Of a DNA stretch of 64,000 nt, positions 1 to 7,270 are shown in pieces. Numbering within the stretch: position 1 is the stretch's first letter; each line of letters begins with the position of its first letter. The DNA lies in IMG/VR virus record IMGVR_UViG_3300036715_000622. One strand, written 5' to 3'. The position numbers and the translations under genes are program-made. The stretch comes from an uncultured virus (IMG/VR IMGVR_UViG_3300036715_000622). Its lineage: Duplodnaviria > Heunggongvirae > Uroviricota > Caudoviricetes. Under the pieces are notes generated by a model, which was given only the letters and a program-made list of their open reading frames with translations, did not search any database and was not told the DNA's origin.

Positions 1-169
1 TTGATTTTATTGGATTTTCTAAGTTATTGATTTTATTGGATTTTCTAAGTTATTGATTTTATTGGATTTTCTAAGTTATTGATTTTATTGGATTTTCTAA
101 GTTATTGATTTTATTGGATTTTCTAAGTTATTGATTTTATTGGATTTTCTAAGCCATTGATTTTATTGG
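1..169. repeat. 26-bp tandem repeat (TTGATTTTATTGGATTTTCTAAGTTA), about 6.5 copies, possibly truncated by the window edge
   Basis: Units start at 1, 27, 53, 79, 105, 131 and 157 (partial). No unique spacers. An extra partial copy lies at 247-266. Confidence 0.95.
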
Positions 170-401
170 CTTTTTACCCAGAATTGCGCGAATTGCGCTA
201 ACCCCTTGTTTTTACAAGGAAATTTGCGGAATTGCGCGGGTTAGGGTAAGTTATTGATTTTATTGGGTTAAATAAAGCTTGACAATGCGCGCGCATTGTG
301 CGAAAATATGTTATAAGTGGGAAAGTTTGCATTTTTGGCGCGGGCTGGCACGATTTTTGCTAAAGCAATTTTTAGGCCAGAAAAATTTTTTAATTTTTCG
401 C

Positions 402-461
402 TTGACAATTTTTTAGCGGCATGGTAAAATTGGCGCGGCCAAATGATAATCATTCTCATTT
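402..461 (+). promoter_or_regulatory. Rightward sigma70 promoter module 1 followed by Fur-box-like site
   Basis: TTGACA 402-407, 17-nt spacer, TAAAAT 425-430, TGGCGCGGCC, then AAATGATAATCATTCTCATTT 441-461. Confidence 0.8.
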
Positions 462-474
462 GGATTTTGGGCAA

Positions 475-538
475 GAAAAAAGCCAAGCTTTTAACTTGGC
501 TTTAATTCAAGGCCGGATTTTAACCCGGCCTTGGTTTG
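475..538. terminator. Two adjacent hairpins, probable (bidirectional) intrinsic terminator(s)
   Basis: AAAGCCAAG..CTTGGCTTT and CAAGGCCGG..CCGGCCTTG, downstream of the A2-like gene. Confidence 0.65.
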
Positions 539-539
539 A

Positions 540-878
540 TTAGAAGGGTTTGCTATTCGCAAGAGCGGCAAAAATCTTGTTAAGCGCTGTTTTGTTAGCC
601 TTGGTCAGGCTATCGGTTTCTGCCTCGGTAAAGCCAAGAATATTACCGATTGCATCCGCTACCGTGTCCTTCTTAGTAGGTGCTTCGCCAGTCTTTGTCG
701 TGCGCACCTTGGCAATATAAACCTTTTCACGGCTAAGTTTAGCAACGACAGACCTAACGCTTTTACCCATGCTGGAAGCCAGCAATTCTACAGTTTCCTT
801 GGTGGGATTCGCCGTGTATTCCGCAATCATTTTAGCAGTTTGGTCAGCGGTGTAGTTTTCAATTTTGGTAGTTGCCAT
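540..878 (-). CDS. A2: T5 A2-like pre-early DNA-binding protein (copy 1)
   Basis: NYTADQT...VELLASSMGKSVRSVVAKLSREKVY motif resembles T5 A2. Start moved to MATTK (878), which has GGAGA upstream. Confidence 0.8.
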   Translation of the reverse strand: MATTKIENYTADQTAKMIAEYTANPTKETVELLASSMGKSVRSVVAKLSREKVYIAKVRTTKTGEAPTKKDTVADAIGNILGFTEAETDSLTKANKTALNKIFAALANSKPF

Positions 879-954
879 TTTTCGATTCTCCATATTTTGG
901 CCGGGTTAGGAATTTTGGGATTTCGCTGGCCGTTTCGTCATCCCATGAAAAACA

Positions 955-1056
955 TTATACAGGGTTTAATTCATTTTTGCAAGTATTTTTTTTTTTTTTT
1001 TTTTTTTTTGTTATCTTATGAAAAACATTATATAGGATTTAATTCATTTTTGCAAG
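955..1056 (-). promoter_or_regulatory. Tandem duplicated leftward sigma70 promoters (TTGCAA-17-TATAAT) separated by a 24-nt homopolymer
   Basis: Near-identical ~35-bp copies at about 955-983 and 1027-1056; T24 at 986-1009. Confidence 0.7.
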
Positions 1057-1248
1057 TTTTTCTTTGAAATATTTAGCTTTTTTTCCACAACCAAAAAATA
1101 AAGCGTTTCTTTCAGCCATGCAGTATTCAGCATCCTGTTCAATCTTAATCTTTTCGCCAGAAACAGGGCTGATATAATAAGTAGGTTCCTTTAGTTTTCT
1201 GGTGCAGTAACCAGCATTAAAAAACTGGCAATCTTTGCAAAGTTTCAT
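1039..1248 (-). CDS. Small Cys-rich hypothetical protein
   Basis: CKDC...C...C...CG pattern; AAGGA upstream. Confidence 0.65.
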   Translation of the reverse strand: MKLCKDCQFFNAGYCTRKLKEPTYYISPVSGEKIKIEQDAEYCMAERNALFFGCGKKAKYFKEKLAKMN

Positions 1249-1412
1249 TTTGTCAATTCCTTTTTAGTCTTAATCAACAAATTCATGGCTTCCTTTTCAG
1301 GCATATAAAGCGCCAGCATATTAAACGAAGCGGAAAAGCTAAACTCCATAGCCTTAAACATGGCAAGAATATATGAAACCTTTGCATTGTTATTGCTATT
1401 TACTGTTTCCAT
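1245..1412 (-). CDS. Hypothetical protein, 55 aa (below ORF-track cutoff)
   Basis: METVNSNNNAKVSY...; AAGGGG upstream; stop overlaps the next start (ATGA). Confidence 0.55.
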   Translation of the reverse strand: METVNSNNNAKVSYILAMFKAMEFSFSASFNMLALYMPEKEAMNLLIKTKKELTK

Positions 1413-1518
1413 TTTTAACCCCTTATTTGTTTACCTGATAAGCTTATTATACATGAAATCACAAAAAAGTGTACGATTATTTTTATGGCGTTATAAATAA
1501 AATTAGTGCAAAAAGCGC

Positions 1519-1608
1519 TTGACAATTTTTTGACGGCATGGTAAAATTGGCGCGGCCAAGTCATTGATTTTAATAGCTTTTTTATTTTCCTTTATAATCA
1601 ATGGCTTG
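1519..1608 (+). promoter_or_regulatory. Rightward promoter module 2 followed by inverted pair of IHF-consensus sites
   Basis: TTGACA 1519-1524, 17 nt, TAAAAT 1542-1547, TGGCGCGGCC; WATCAANNNNTTR matches at 1557-1569 (-) and 1596-1608 (+). Confidence 0.75.
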
Positions 1609-1625
1609 CGAAAAATTAAGGGTAA

Positions 1626-1654
1626 AACAAAACCCGGATTTACCGGGTTTTGTC
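1626..1654. terminator. Intrinsic terminator hairpin
   Basis: ACAAAACCCGG-ATTTA-CCGGGTTTTGT. Confidence 0.7.
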
Positions 1655-1662
1655 AAGGGTTT

Positions 1663-2349
1663 TTATTTTGCAACGAATGCATCTTTTAGTTGACATTCTC
1701 GCCAATTATAAGGCCGCATTTTTTTACGCCAATTTTTACTTTTCAAAACATTAACCAAAATATGCCGCTCAAAATCTTTGCAATCTGCTAACGCTGTGTG
1801 CTGTTCTTCAGCCTTTATGCCAGTAACATAATGGCTCATTACTTCAGCATTGGTTTGATAAGTGGCATTCCCTAAATCAGTAACATTATTAAAATAATGG
1901 TTATCAAGTACGAATTGGCGATATTTTTTAGTTTGACCATGCAGGCCGTATGCTATCTGCCACAAACAAAGATATTCATTAAACCGGCTGAAATCAATCC
2001 CTGATTTCTGCAATTTATCTTTATCAAAAGCGGCATTATAGGATACGGCTATAACTTCGGGATATTTTGCTATAACGCGATCAAGCCAGCGATTAACGCC
2101 CTGAACCGATGATATCATAATCGAACCATTTTCCAGCATATTAGCATATTTTTGCTGGCGTAGTTTCAGATTCCAAAGCGTGCTTTGGTTATCATGAAAT
2201 AATGGCTCATTAGCAAAATCCTTAAGAATAACTGAACATTCCGATTCGATAGTGCCATGCCGATCACACAAAACTGCACCAAAATCGTAAACGTGATCCT
2301 GCATTGTGGTTTCTGTGTCAATTATCAAAAACATCTGTTTTTTTGCCAT
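1663..2349 (-). CDS. DEDDh-family 3'-5' exonuclease
   Basis: IIDTETT (ExoI), YNAAFD (ExoII), HTALAD (ExoIII). Start set at MAKKQ (AGGA upstream). Confidence 0.8.
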   Translation of the reverse strand: MAKKQMFLIIDTETTMQDHVYDFGAVLCDRHGTIESECSVILKDFANEPLFHDNQSTLWNLKLRQQKYANMLENGSIMISSVQGVNRWLDRVIAKYPEVIAVSYNAAFDKDKLQKSGIDFSRFNEYLCLWQIAYGLHGQTKKYRQFVLDNHYFNNVTDLGNATYQTNAEVMSHYVTGIKAEEQHTALADCKDFERHILVNVLKSKNWRKKMRPYNWRECQLKDAFVAK

Positions 2350-2446
2350 TTTCTTTTTTCCTATTTTACCGTTTTGCAATATGCTGGTACGGACAATCAA
2401 CCATGAAGCGCTTATTATACAGCATTTTTAATAAAAAATGCAAATT

Positions 2447-2929
2447 TTAATGGCCTTGTTTGGAAGGAATATAAACCCCTTTAATATTAAACTTATCGCA
2501 AACAGCCTTTAGGTAACTGGTATTATCCTCAAAAAATACGGCATTATTGCAGGCTGTTCTAAAATTTTTAAGATTAAAAAATTTTTGCAGACCTTTAATT
2601 TTCAGAGTAGCACCAGATTGGCTATCGCCTTCCTTTCTGCTGATAAAGTAGTCTGGCTTACCTAGTTTTTCATTAACAAATTTCCAGTCCTGCTCGCCCA
2701 TTACTCTAGCAGTCGCAATTATAACGTAAGTTTCGTTATCTGCCAAATCCGCTTTATATTGTTCTGCTAATGGCAGCAATGAATCGTTAAAAGCTTTATG
2801 GCTGTTATTGCGCCAATAGTCTAAATCAATAACTTCCTTACCATTTTTTTCTATCGTCTTATAACGATGCAAGCTACAAACTATCGTACCATCCATATCA
2901 TATATTGCCAATTTTTTAATCATTTCCAT
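2447..2929 (-). CDS. HAD-superfamily phosphatase (possible functional analogue of T5 dmp)
   Basis: YDMDGT motif I, ATAR motif II, K, FFEDN motif IV. Confidence 0.75.
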   Translation of the reverse strand: MEMIKKLAIYDMDGTIVCSLHRYKTIEKNGKEVIDLDYWRNNSHKAFNDSLLPLAEQYKADLADNETYVIIATARVMGEQDWKFVNEKLGKPDYFISRKEGDSQSGATLKIKGLQKFFNLKNFRTACNNAVFFEDNTSYLKAVCDKFNIKGVYIPSKQGH

Positions 2930-3036
2930 TTCCTTGTTTACCTAGTGAAAATAATTATATATGAACAAATAAAAAATGCAAGATAATTTTTATATTTTCT
3001 AGGCTAAATATATTTTTATATTTTTACAGGAAACGC

Positions 3037-3099
3037 TTGACACGTACAATTTTACATGGTAAAATTGGCGCGCCCAAATGATAATCATTCTCATTTGGG
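3037..3099 (+). promoter_or_regulatory. Rightward promoter module 3 followed by Fur-box-like site
   Basis: TTGACA 3037-3042, 17 nt, TAAAAT 3060-3065, TGGCGCGCCC, AAATGATAATCATTCTCATTT 3076-3096. Confidence 0.8.
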
Positions 3100-3112
3100 T
3101 TTTGTCAGTGTA

Positions 3113-3376
3113 TTATGCTGGATTTACAACAAAGACAATCTTGTCCGGAATCCGTGAAGGATATTCATTAGAAAAAGTTAAGTATTTAATTTTAGGATTA
3201 GATACAAGCAATTCTGGGCTGTAAGCAGGGAAATATTTATAATTCAAATATTCTAACGCTTTCCTAATAATTGCCTTTTCGTCAAAATATGCGCCAAATT
3301 CATTTTTTGGAATTTGGCTGATATCCTCATATAACTCCATGATATCTATAGTAAGTTTCATTTTCTCATTCTCCAA
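3113..3376 (-). CDS. Hypothetical protein
   Basis: ORF in the pre-early operon; true start probably MKLTID, with GGAG upstream. Confidence 0.55.
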   Translation of the reverse strand: MENEKMKLTIDIMELYEDISQIPKNEFGAYFDEKAIIRKALEYLNYKYFPAYSPELLVSNPKIKYLTFSNEYPSRIPDKIVFVVNPA

Positions 3377-3485
3377 TCATAATATACTGAAATCAACAAG
3401 AGGATTAAAATACCCATTAAATCATATGCTTTTACTTCCATAAAAGCATAGAAAAGTAGGGAAAGAAGCATCGCAACAGCGTATT

Positions 3486-3848
3486 TTAGCATAACCCGGC
3501 CTTTTTCCTTTGATTCAGCGTTATAAGTGGATGGTATACATCAGGGGACAATCCCATTTTAACCATTGTTTCCTTCCAATGCTTCCCATGTTTAGCATCC
3601 CCCGTCAAACGATATGCAATATGGTGGCATAATTCATGCGGAATAATAACCTTGTAAAAATATTCCTCATTGTGTGCCATTAGATATACGCTTAAATCTA
3701 TTTTATTAGAATCAAGCCATGCCCGGCCAGCAGTGGACGTTAGGCGGTTATTCATAACAATAATCGGCATTTTTCCTATTTTATCCCCAAAAATGCAAAT
3801 TGCATAATTCCACCATCCCGTGGCGTTCCTTTGTGCTTTAGCTAACAT
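3486..3848 (-). CDS. SprT-like zinc metalloprotease-domain protein
   Basis: RLTSTAGRA...IIPHELCHH...HGKHWK (SprT HExxH...HG pattern). Confidence 0.8.
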   Translation of the reverse strand: MLAKAQRNATGWWNYAICIFGDKIGKMPIIVMNNRLTSTAGRAWLDSNKIDLSVYLMAHNEEYFYKVIIPHELCHHIAYRLTGDAKHGKHWKETMVKMGLSPDVYHPLITLNQRKKAGLC

Positions 3849-4050
3849 AATTTACAATCCCCCACAAATTAACGCAAGAAAAAAATCCCCATTGCACAAT
3901 TCCGGCCTTATCTCGCACGTCAACAGAAGCATAAAGCCATGCAACAGAACCAGTTAAAAATGCAATATAGCCGTAAACTTGCAAGCCAGAATTGGCAGCA
4001 ACCAGAACCGAGCCGACAATTCCTGCAATAGTACCAATCCATTTGAACAT
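3838..4050 (-). CDS. Small membrane protein
   Basis: Three short hydrophobic segments; AAGGA upstream. Confidence 0.7.
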   Translation of the reverse strand: MFKWIGTIAGIVGSVLVAANSGLQVYGYIAFLTGSVAWLYASVDVRDKAGIVQWGFFSCVNLWGIVNYVS

Positions 4051-4122
4051 TTTAATTTATCCTTAGTTGATGGAATAATTATCCTATATTAAAAATAGTT
4101 TGCATATAACCCTGATGGGGTA

Positions 4123-4188
4123 TTGACAAGTTACGGATTATGGAGTAAAATTGGCGCGGCCAAGCCATTGAAAACAATGGCTTTTTAT
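4123..4188 (+). promoter_or_regulatory. Rightward promoter module 4 followed directly by a hairpin/T-tract overlapping an IHF-like site
   Basis: TTGACA 4123-4128, 17 nt, TAAAAT 4146-4151, TGGCGCGGCC, AAGCCATTG-AAAA-CAATGGCTT-TTT. Confidence 0.75.
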
Positions 4189-4197
4189 TATCAAGGG

Positions 4198-4530
4198 TTA
4201 GTCTACATTATACCCGATGCTTTCAAAATACTTCACCCAGTTATGAAAACTTAAGCCATGACCTACTTCTTCCTTATTTTCTAGCTGCCAAGCGTGGATC
4301 AATTCATGCAAAATTGTTTCCTCAATTGCTTTAGCTGTCATATTAAGAACAGTGGAAATTTTAATATTATGATATTCCTTCATATCCTTGCCTAGTTTGG
4401 ATTCATAGTATCCAAAGGTCTTATTTGATGAGCTTGGCTTAACTTTAATCCTATATTGTAGATTGAAGCCATAATACGTATTAAATGCGTTAGCTTTTTC
4501 CTCAAGGTACGCTTTAATTAACTTTTTCAT
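4198..4530 (-). CDS. SprT-like zinc metalloprotease-domain protein (second)
   Basis: TILHELIHAWQ...HGLSF. Confidence 0.75.
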   Translation of the reverse strand: MKKLIKAYLEEKANAFNTYYGFNLQYRIKVKPSSSNKTFGYYESKLGKDMKEYHNIKISTVLNMTAKAIEETILHELIHAWQLENKEEVGHGLSFHNWVKYFESIGYNVD

Positions 4531-4532
4531 GA

Positions 4533-4664
4533 TTAAAATCCTTTCCATTGAACATAACGCAATGTTACCATAAGCAGTGTAAAAAGTACAGCAAGAGGCA
4601 AAGAAGCGGCAGAAATTAATGCCATAATCATGCCCAAGGTAATGCCTTTTAATAGTGCGCCCAT
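4533..4664 (-). CDS. Small membrane protein, 43 aa
   Basis: Hydrophobic MGALLKGITLGMIMALISA...; GGAG upstream. The longer track start runs through promoter DNA. Confidence 0.5.
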   Translation of the reverse strand: MGALLKGITLGMIMALISAASLPLAVLFTLLMVTLRYVQWKGF

Positions 4665-4762
4665 TTTGTTAGCTCCATTCATTGTGTTATTTGATGATTC
4701 ATTATTGCATAGTGAGCACAATTTTGCAACATATTTATTTATATTTATTTTTGATTTACCTA

Positions 4763-4821
4763 TTGACACCGACAGTTTTACATGGTAAAATTGGCGCCGC
4801 CAGATGCTAATGATTCTCATT
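4763..4821 (+). promoter_or_regulatory. Rightward promoter module 5 followed by degenerate Fur-box-like site
   Basis: TTGACA 4763-4768, 17 nt, TAAAAT 4786-4791, TGGCGCCGCC, GATGCTAATGATTCTCATT 4803-4821. Confidence 0.75.
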
Positions 4822-4833
4822 CGCTATACAGTA

Positions 4834-4881
4834 GAACATCAAGCTGGCATGATCTTTGCTTATCATGCCAGCTTGATGTTC
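4834..4881. terminator. Perfect 20-bp inverted repeat (hairpin) at the end of the A2-like gene
   Basis: GAACATCAAGCTGGCATGAT-8 nt-ATCATGCCAGCTTGATGTTC. Confidence 0.65.
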
Positions 4882-5203
4882 ATTCAGCTTTAATGGCTTT
4901 CAGAAGTTTAGCAAGTACAGTCCTATTTGCTTTAGACAAGGAAGCGCATTCTGCTTCAGTAGCGCAGACCAGAAACCCGACCTGATAAGCCAGATCATCC
5001 TTTTTAACAGTAGCCTTATCAGACTGTGCATTTTTGACCTTGGCTTTGTAACAGCCTTCCCTGCTAAGTTTAGCAACAACAGACCTAACGCTCTTACCCA
5101 TGCGCTTCGCCAGTACCTCCACAGTGACGCCCTCGTTAGTATATGCCTCAATCATTGCGGCAGTTTGTTCAGCAGTATAGTTTACTTGTTTAGTGGTTGC
5201 CAT
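4880..5203 (-). CDS. A2: T5 A2-like pre-early DNA-binding protein (copy 2)
   Basis: NYTAEQT...VEVLAKRMGKSVRSVVAKLSREG; paralog of 540-878; AAGGAG SD. Confidence 0.8.
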   Translation of the reverse strand: MATTKQVNYTAEQTAAMIEAYTNEGVTVEVLAKRMGKSVRSVVAKLSREGCYKAKVKNAQSDKATVKKDDLAYQVGFLVCATEAECASLSKANRTVLAKLLKAIKAE

Positions 5204-5243
5204 TTTTTGATTCTCCTTAGTTTTTACTGCATTGAAAGATTAT

Positions 5244-5272
5244 ATTATATTAGAGTTAAGCATAGCTGTCAA
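5244..5272 (-). promoter_or_regulatory. Consensus leftward sigma70 promoter for the A2-like gene
   Basis: TTGACA-17-TATAAT on the minus strand. Confidence 0.85.
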
Positions 5273-5438
5273 GGATTATTTTACTAATATTATATTTATT
5301 TTTTATTTGTTATCTATTGCATTCTACTGTATAGTATGATATACTAGGGCAGGGCGGTTATTAGACTCGCTATTTTTCAACCGCTCGCCGACCCACCCAC
5401 ACGTAAAACTTTATAAGGCCCCATCAAAAGTCAATTAG

Positions 5439-5499
5439 GCGATAATTGCGATAATTGCGATAATTGCGATAATTGCGATAATTGCGATAATTGCGATAA
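5439..5499. repeat. 9-bp tandem repeat GCGATAATT x6.8
   Basis: Units start at 5439, 5448, 5457, 5466, 5475, 5484 and 5493 (partial). Confidence 0.95.
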
Positions 5500-5517
5500 G
5501 CATAAAAAATTTTTAAC

Positions 5518-5546
5518 TTGACATAACTTCCTTAAGCTGTTATAAT
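5518..5546 (+). promoter_or_regulatory. Consensus sigma70 promoter for the packaging operon
   Basis: TTGACA-17-TATAAT. Confidence 0.85.
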
Positions 5547-5574
5547 ATCTATATTATCATAATTATAATATAAC

Positions 5575-6054
5575 ATGAGCCTACCTATTACTCCACCTGC
5601 ACAAGCAGTACAAATCTCTCCAGAAGCATTGGAAGTAGCTAATCTCTATTTACAATGCCAAAATATGCAAACTGTATCGCTAGAATTAGATATACCAATA
5701 GAGGAAGTATCTGCAATACTATCGCGCCGAGAGGTAAGAGCCTATATTGACCAAGTATTCCAAGATGTTGGGTTTAATAATAGATTTAGGATGAGAGGTG
5801 TAATGGATACTCTAATCCAAAAGAAACTTAAAGAGTTAGACGAAGCCGATATAGGATCATCAAAAGATATTGCAGATCTATTAGCCCTTAGTCATAAAAT
5901 GACTATGGAAGTCTTAGATAGAGAGATTAAATTAGAGACAGCAAGGGCTAATAATACAAAAGTCCAAACTCAAGTTAATATGCAAGTTAATGATTTTGGG
6001 GATGGCAGTAAGTACGGAGACCTTATTAATAAATTGTTATCAGAAGGTAAATGA
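5575..6054 (+). CDS. terS: Terminase small subunit (T5-like)
   Basis: ISPEALEVANLYL...YIDQVF.D.GF.NR...KL.EL.E....SSKDI.DLL pattern of T5-type TerS; upstream of terL. Confidence 0.85.
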   Translation: MSLPITPPAQAVQISPEALEVANLYLQCQNMQTVSLELDIPIEEVSAILSRREVRAYIDQVFQDVGFNNRFRMRGVMDTLIQKKLKELDEADIGSSKDIADLLALSHKMTMEVLDREIKLETARANNTKVQTQVNMQVNDFGDGSKYGDLINKLLSEGK

Positions 6055-7269
6055 ATGTTAGACGTTATTACGCACGAATATAATAAATCTGTAGCGTATC
6101 TTAACAAGGGTAACTATAAGAAAGCTCTTGCAATACTTAAAAAGTGTCTTAGCCAGGTAGAATTTAAGGAAGCGTATCTAAATATTGGAAACTGTTATAG
6201 GATGCTAGGTCAGGATACTAAAATGATCGAATCCTATAAAAAAGCCTGCTCACCTAAAATAACTTTTCTTGATGGTCATACTGTAGAGGAGTACCCAGCT
6301 GGTCTAAATAATCTAGGTCTTGCCTACTATATGTGTGGATATGATGATCTAGCTATTGAGTGCTACGAGAGAGCAATGGCTGTGGAGCCTAAATTCTGGG
6401 ACGCTTGGTGGAATTGCAGTACAGCAGTATTACGTAAAGCCTCTTCGGGACAACTTGAGTTATTCCCGAGAGGATGGATGATGTATGATGCTAGGTTCCT
6501 AAAAACACCACCCATTAAAATGAAGAATACTAAAGCTTCTCTAGTTTATTGGGATAGAGTATCTTCAGGTACAGCAATAATTGTCTTAGCAGAACAAGGT
6601 ATTGGTGATGCTATTATGTGGGGCCGCTACTTACCCCTATTGGCGGAAAAGTTCTCCGAAGTATATGTACAGTGTGATGCAGAGTTAGAACCCGTATTTT
6701 CCGACTATAAATGTGTTAGAGATGCATCTGAGTGCCCAGCTGAATTAGCTATTCCAATGTGCACGCTTTCTAGGTGTTTTGATACTATTCCTTCTGGAGA
6801 TTGGTTACGTGATAAATTTTCTGCATTTGATTTTGGCACCTCTGAGAGGCTTAATGTGGGTATTGTACATCGTGGTTCAGCTACTCATGCTAATGATCGT
6901 AATAGGAGTGTTCCTATACACCGTTTTCATTTCCTTAGTAAGTATGTTAATCTTTACAGTCTTGTACCGGGGTTTAATACTACTAAACATGTTACTGGGT
7001 TGGATATCCACTCATGGGAAGATACGGCAAAATACATTAATGGACTCGATCTTGTCATCTCTGTCGATACGTCGGTAGCTCATATGGCGGGATCTCTTGG
7101 AGCCAAAACATGGCTCCTACAACCATTAAAAGAAACAGATTTTAGATGGGGTAATAACGTTTCTTCTAGCGTATGGTATGACTCTATACAAATTTTTAAT
7201 AATCCCAACTCTTGGGAGCATGTATTCTCCCAAGTAGAGGATGCAATAAAGTCGGAGTTATATTTATAG
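6055..7269 (+). CDS. TPR-repeat / glycosyltransferase family 9-like protein
   Basis: N-terminal TPRs (AYLNIGNCY, GLNNLGLAY); EQGIGDAI; C-terminal LDLVISVDTSVAHMAGSLGAKTWLL...DFRW...WYDS. Confidence 0.85.
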   Translation: MLDVITHEYNKSVAYLNKGNYKKALAILKKCLSQVEFKEAYLNIGNCYRMLGQDTKMIESYKKACSPKITFLDGHTVEEYPAGLNNLGLAYYMCGYDDLAIECYERAMAVEPKFWDAWWNCSTAVLRKASSGQLELFPRGWMMYDARFLKTPPIKMKNTKASLVYWDRVSSGTAIIVLAEQGIGDAIMWGRYLPLLAEKFSEVYVQCDAELEPVFSDYKCVRDASECPAELAIPMCTLSRCFDTIPSGDWLRDKFSAFDFGTSERLNVGIVHRGSATHANDRNRSVPIHRFHFLSKYVNLYSLVPGFNTTKHVTGLDIHSWEDTAKYINGLDLVISVDTSVAHMAGSLGAKTWLLQPLKETDFRWGNNVSSSVWYDSIQIFNNPNSWEHVFSQVEDAIKSELYL

Positions 7270-7270
7270 T

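Noticed and set aside
1..169. Possible CRISPR array
   Set aside because: Repeats are head-to-tail with no unique spacers, and no cas genes are present.
282..299. Perfect 18-bp palindrome ACAATGCGCGCGCATTGT overlapping a TTGACA
   Set aside because: Single copy with no good -10 at 17 nt; no function can be assigned beyond being part of the repeat-rich region.
268..486. 72-aa minus-strand ORF, also 840-1067(+), 4782-4985(+) and the 5' part of 4533-4820
   Set aside because: They run through promoter, Fur-box or homopolymer DNA and lack SDs. The shared RQFYH peptide only reflects the repeated promoter motif.
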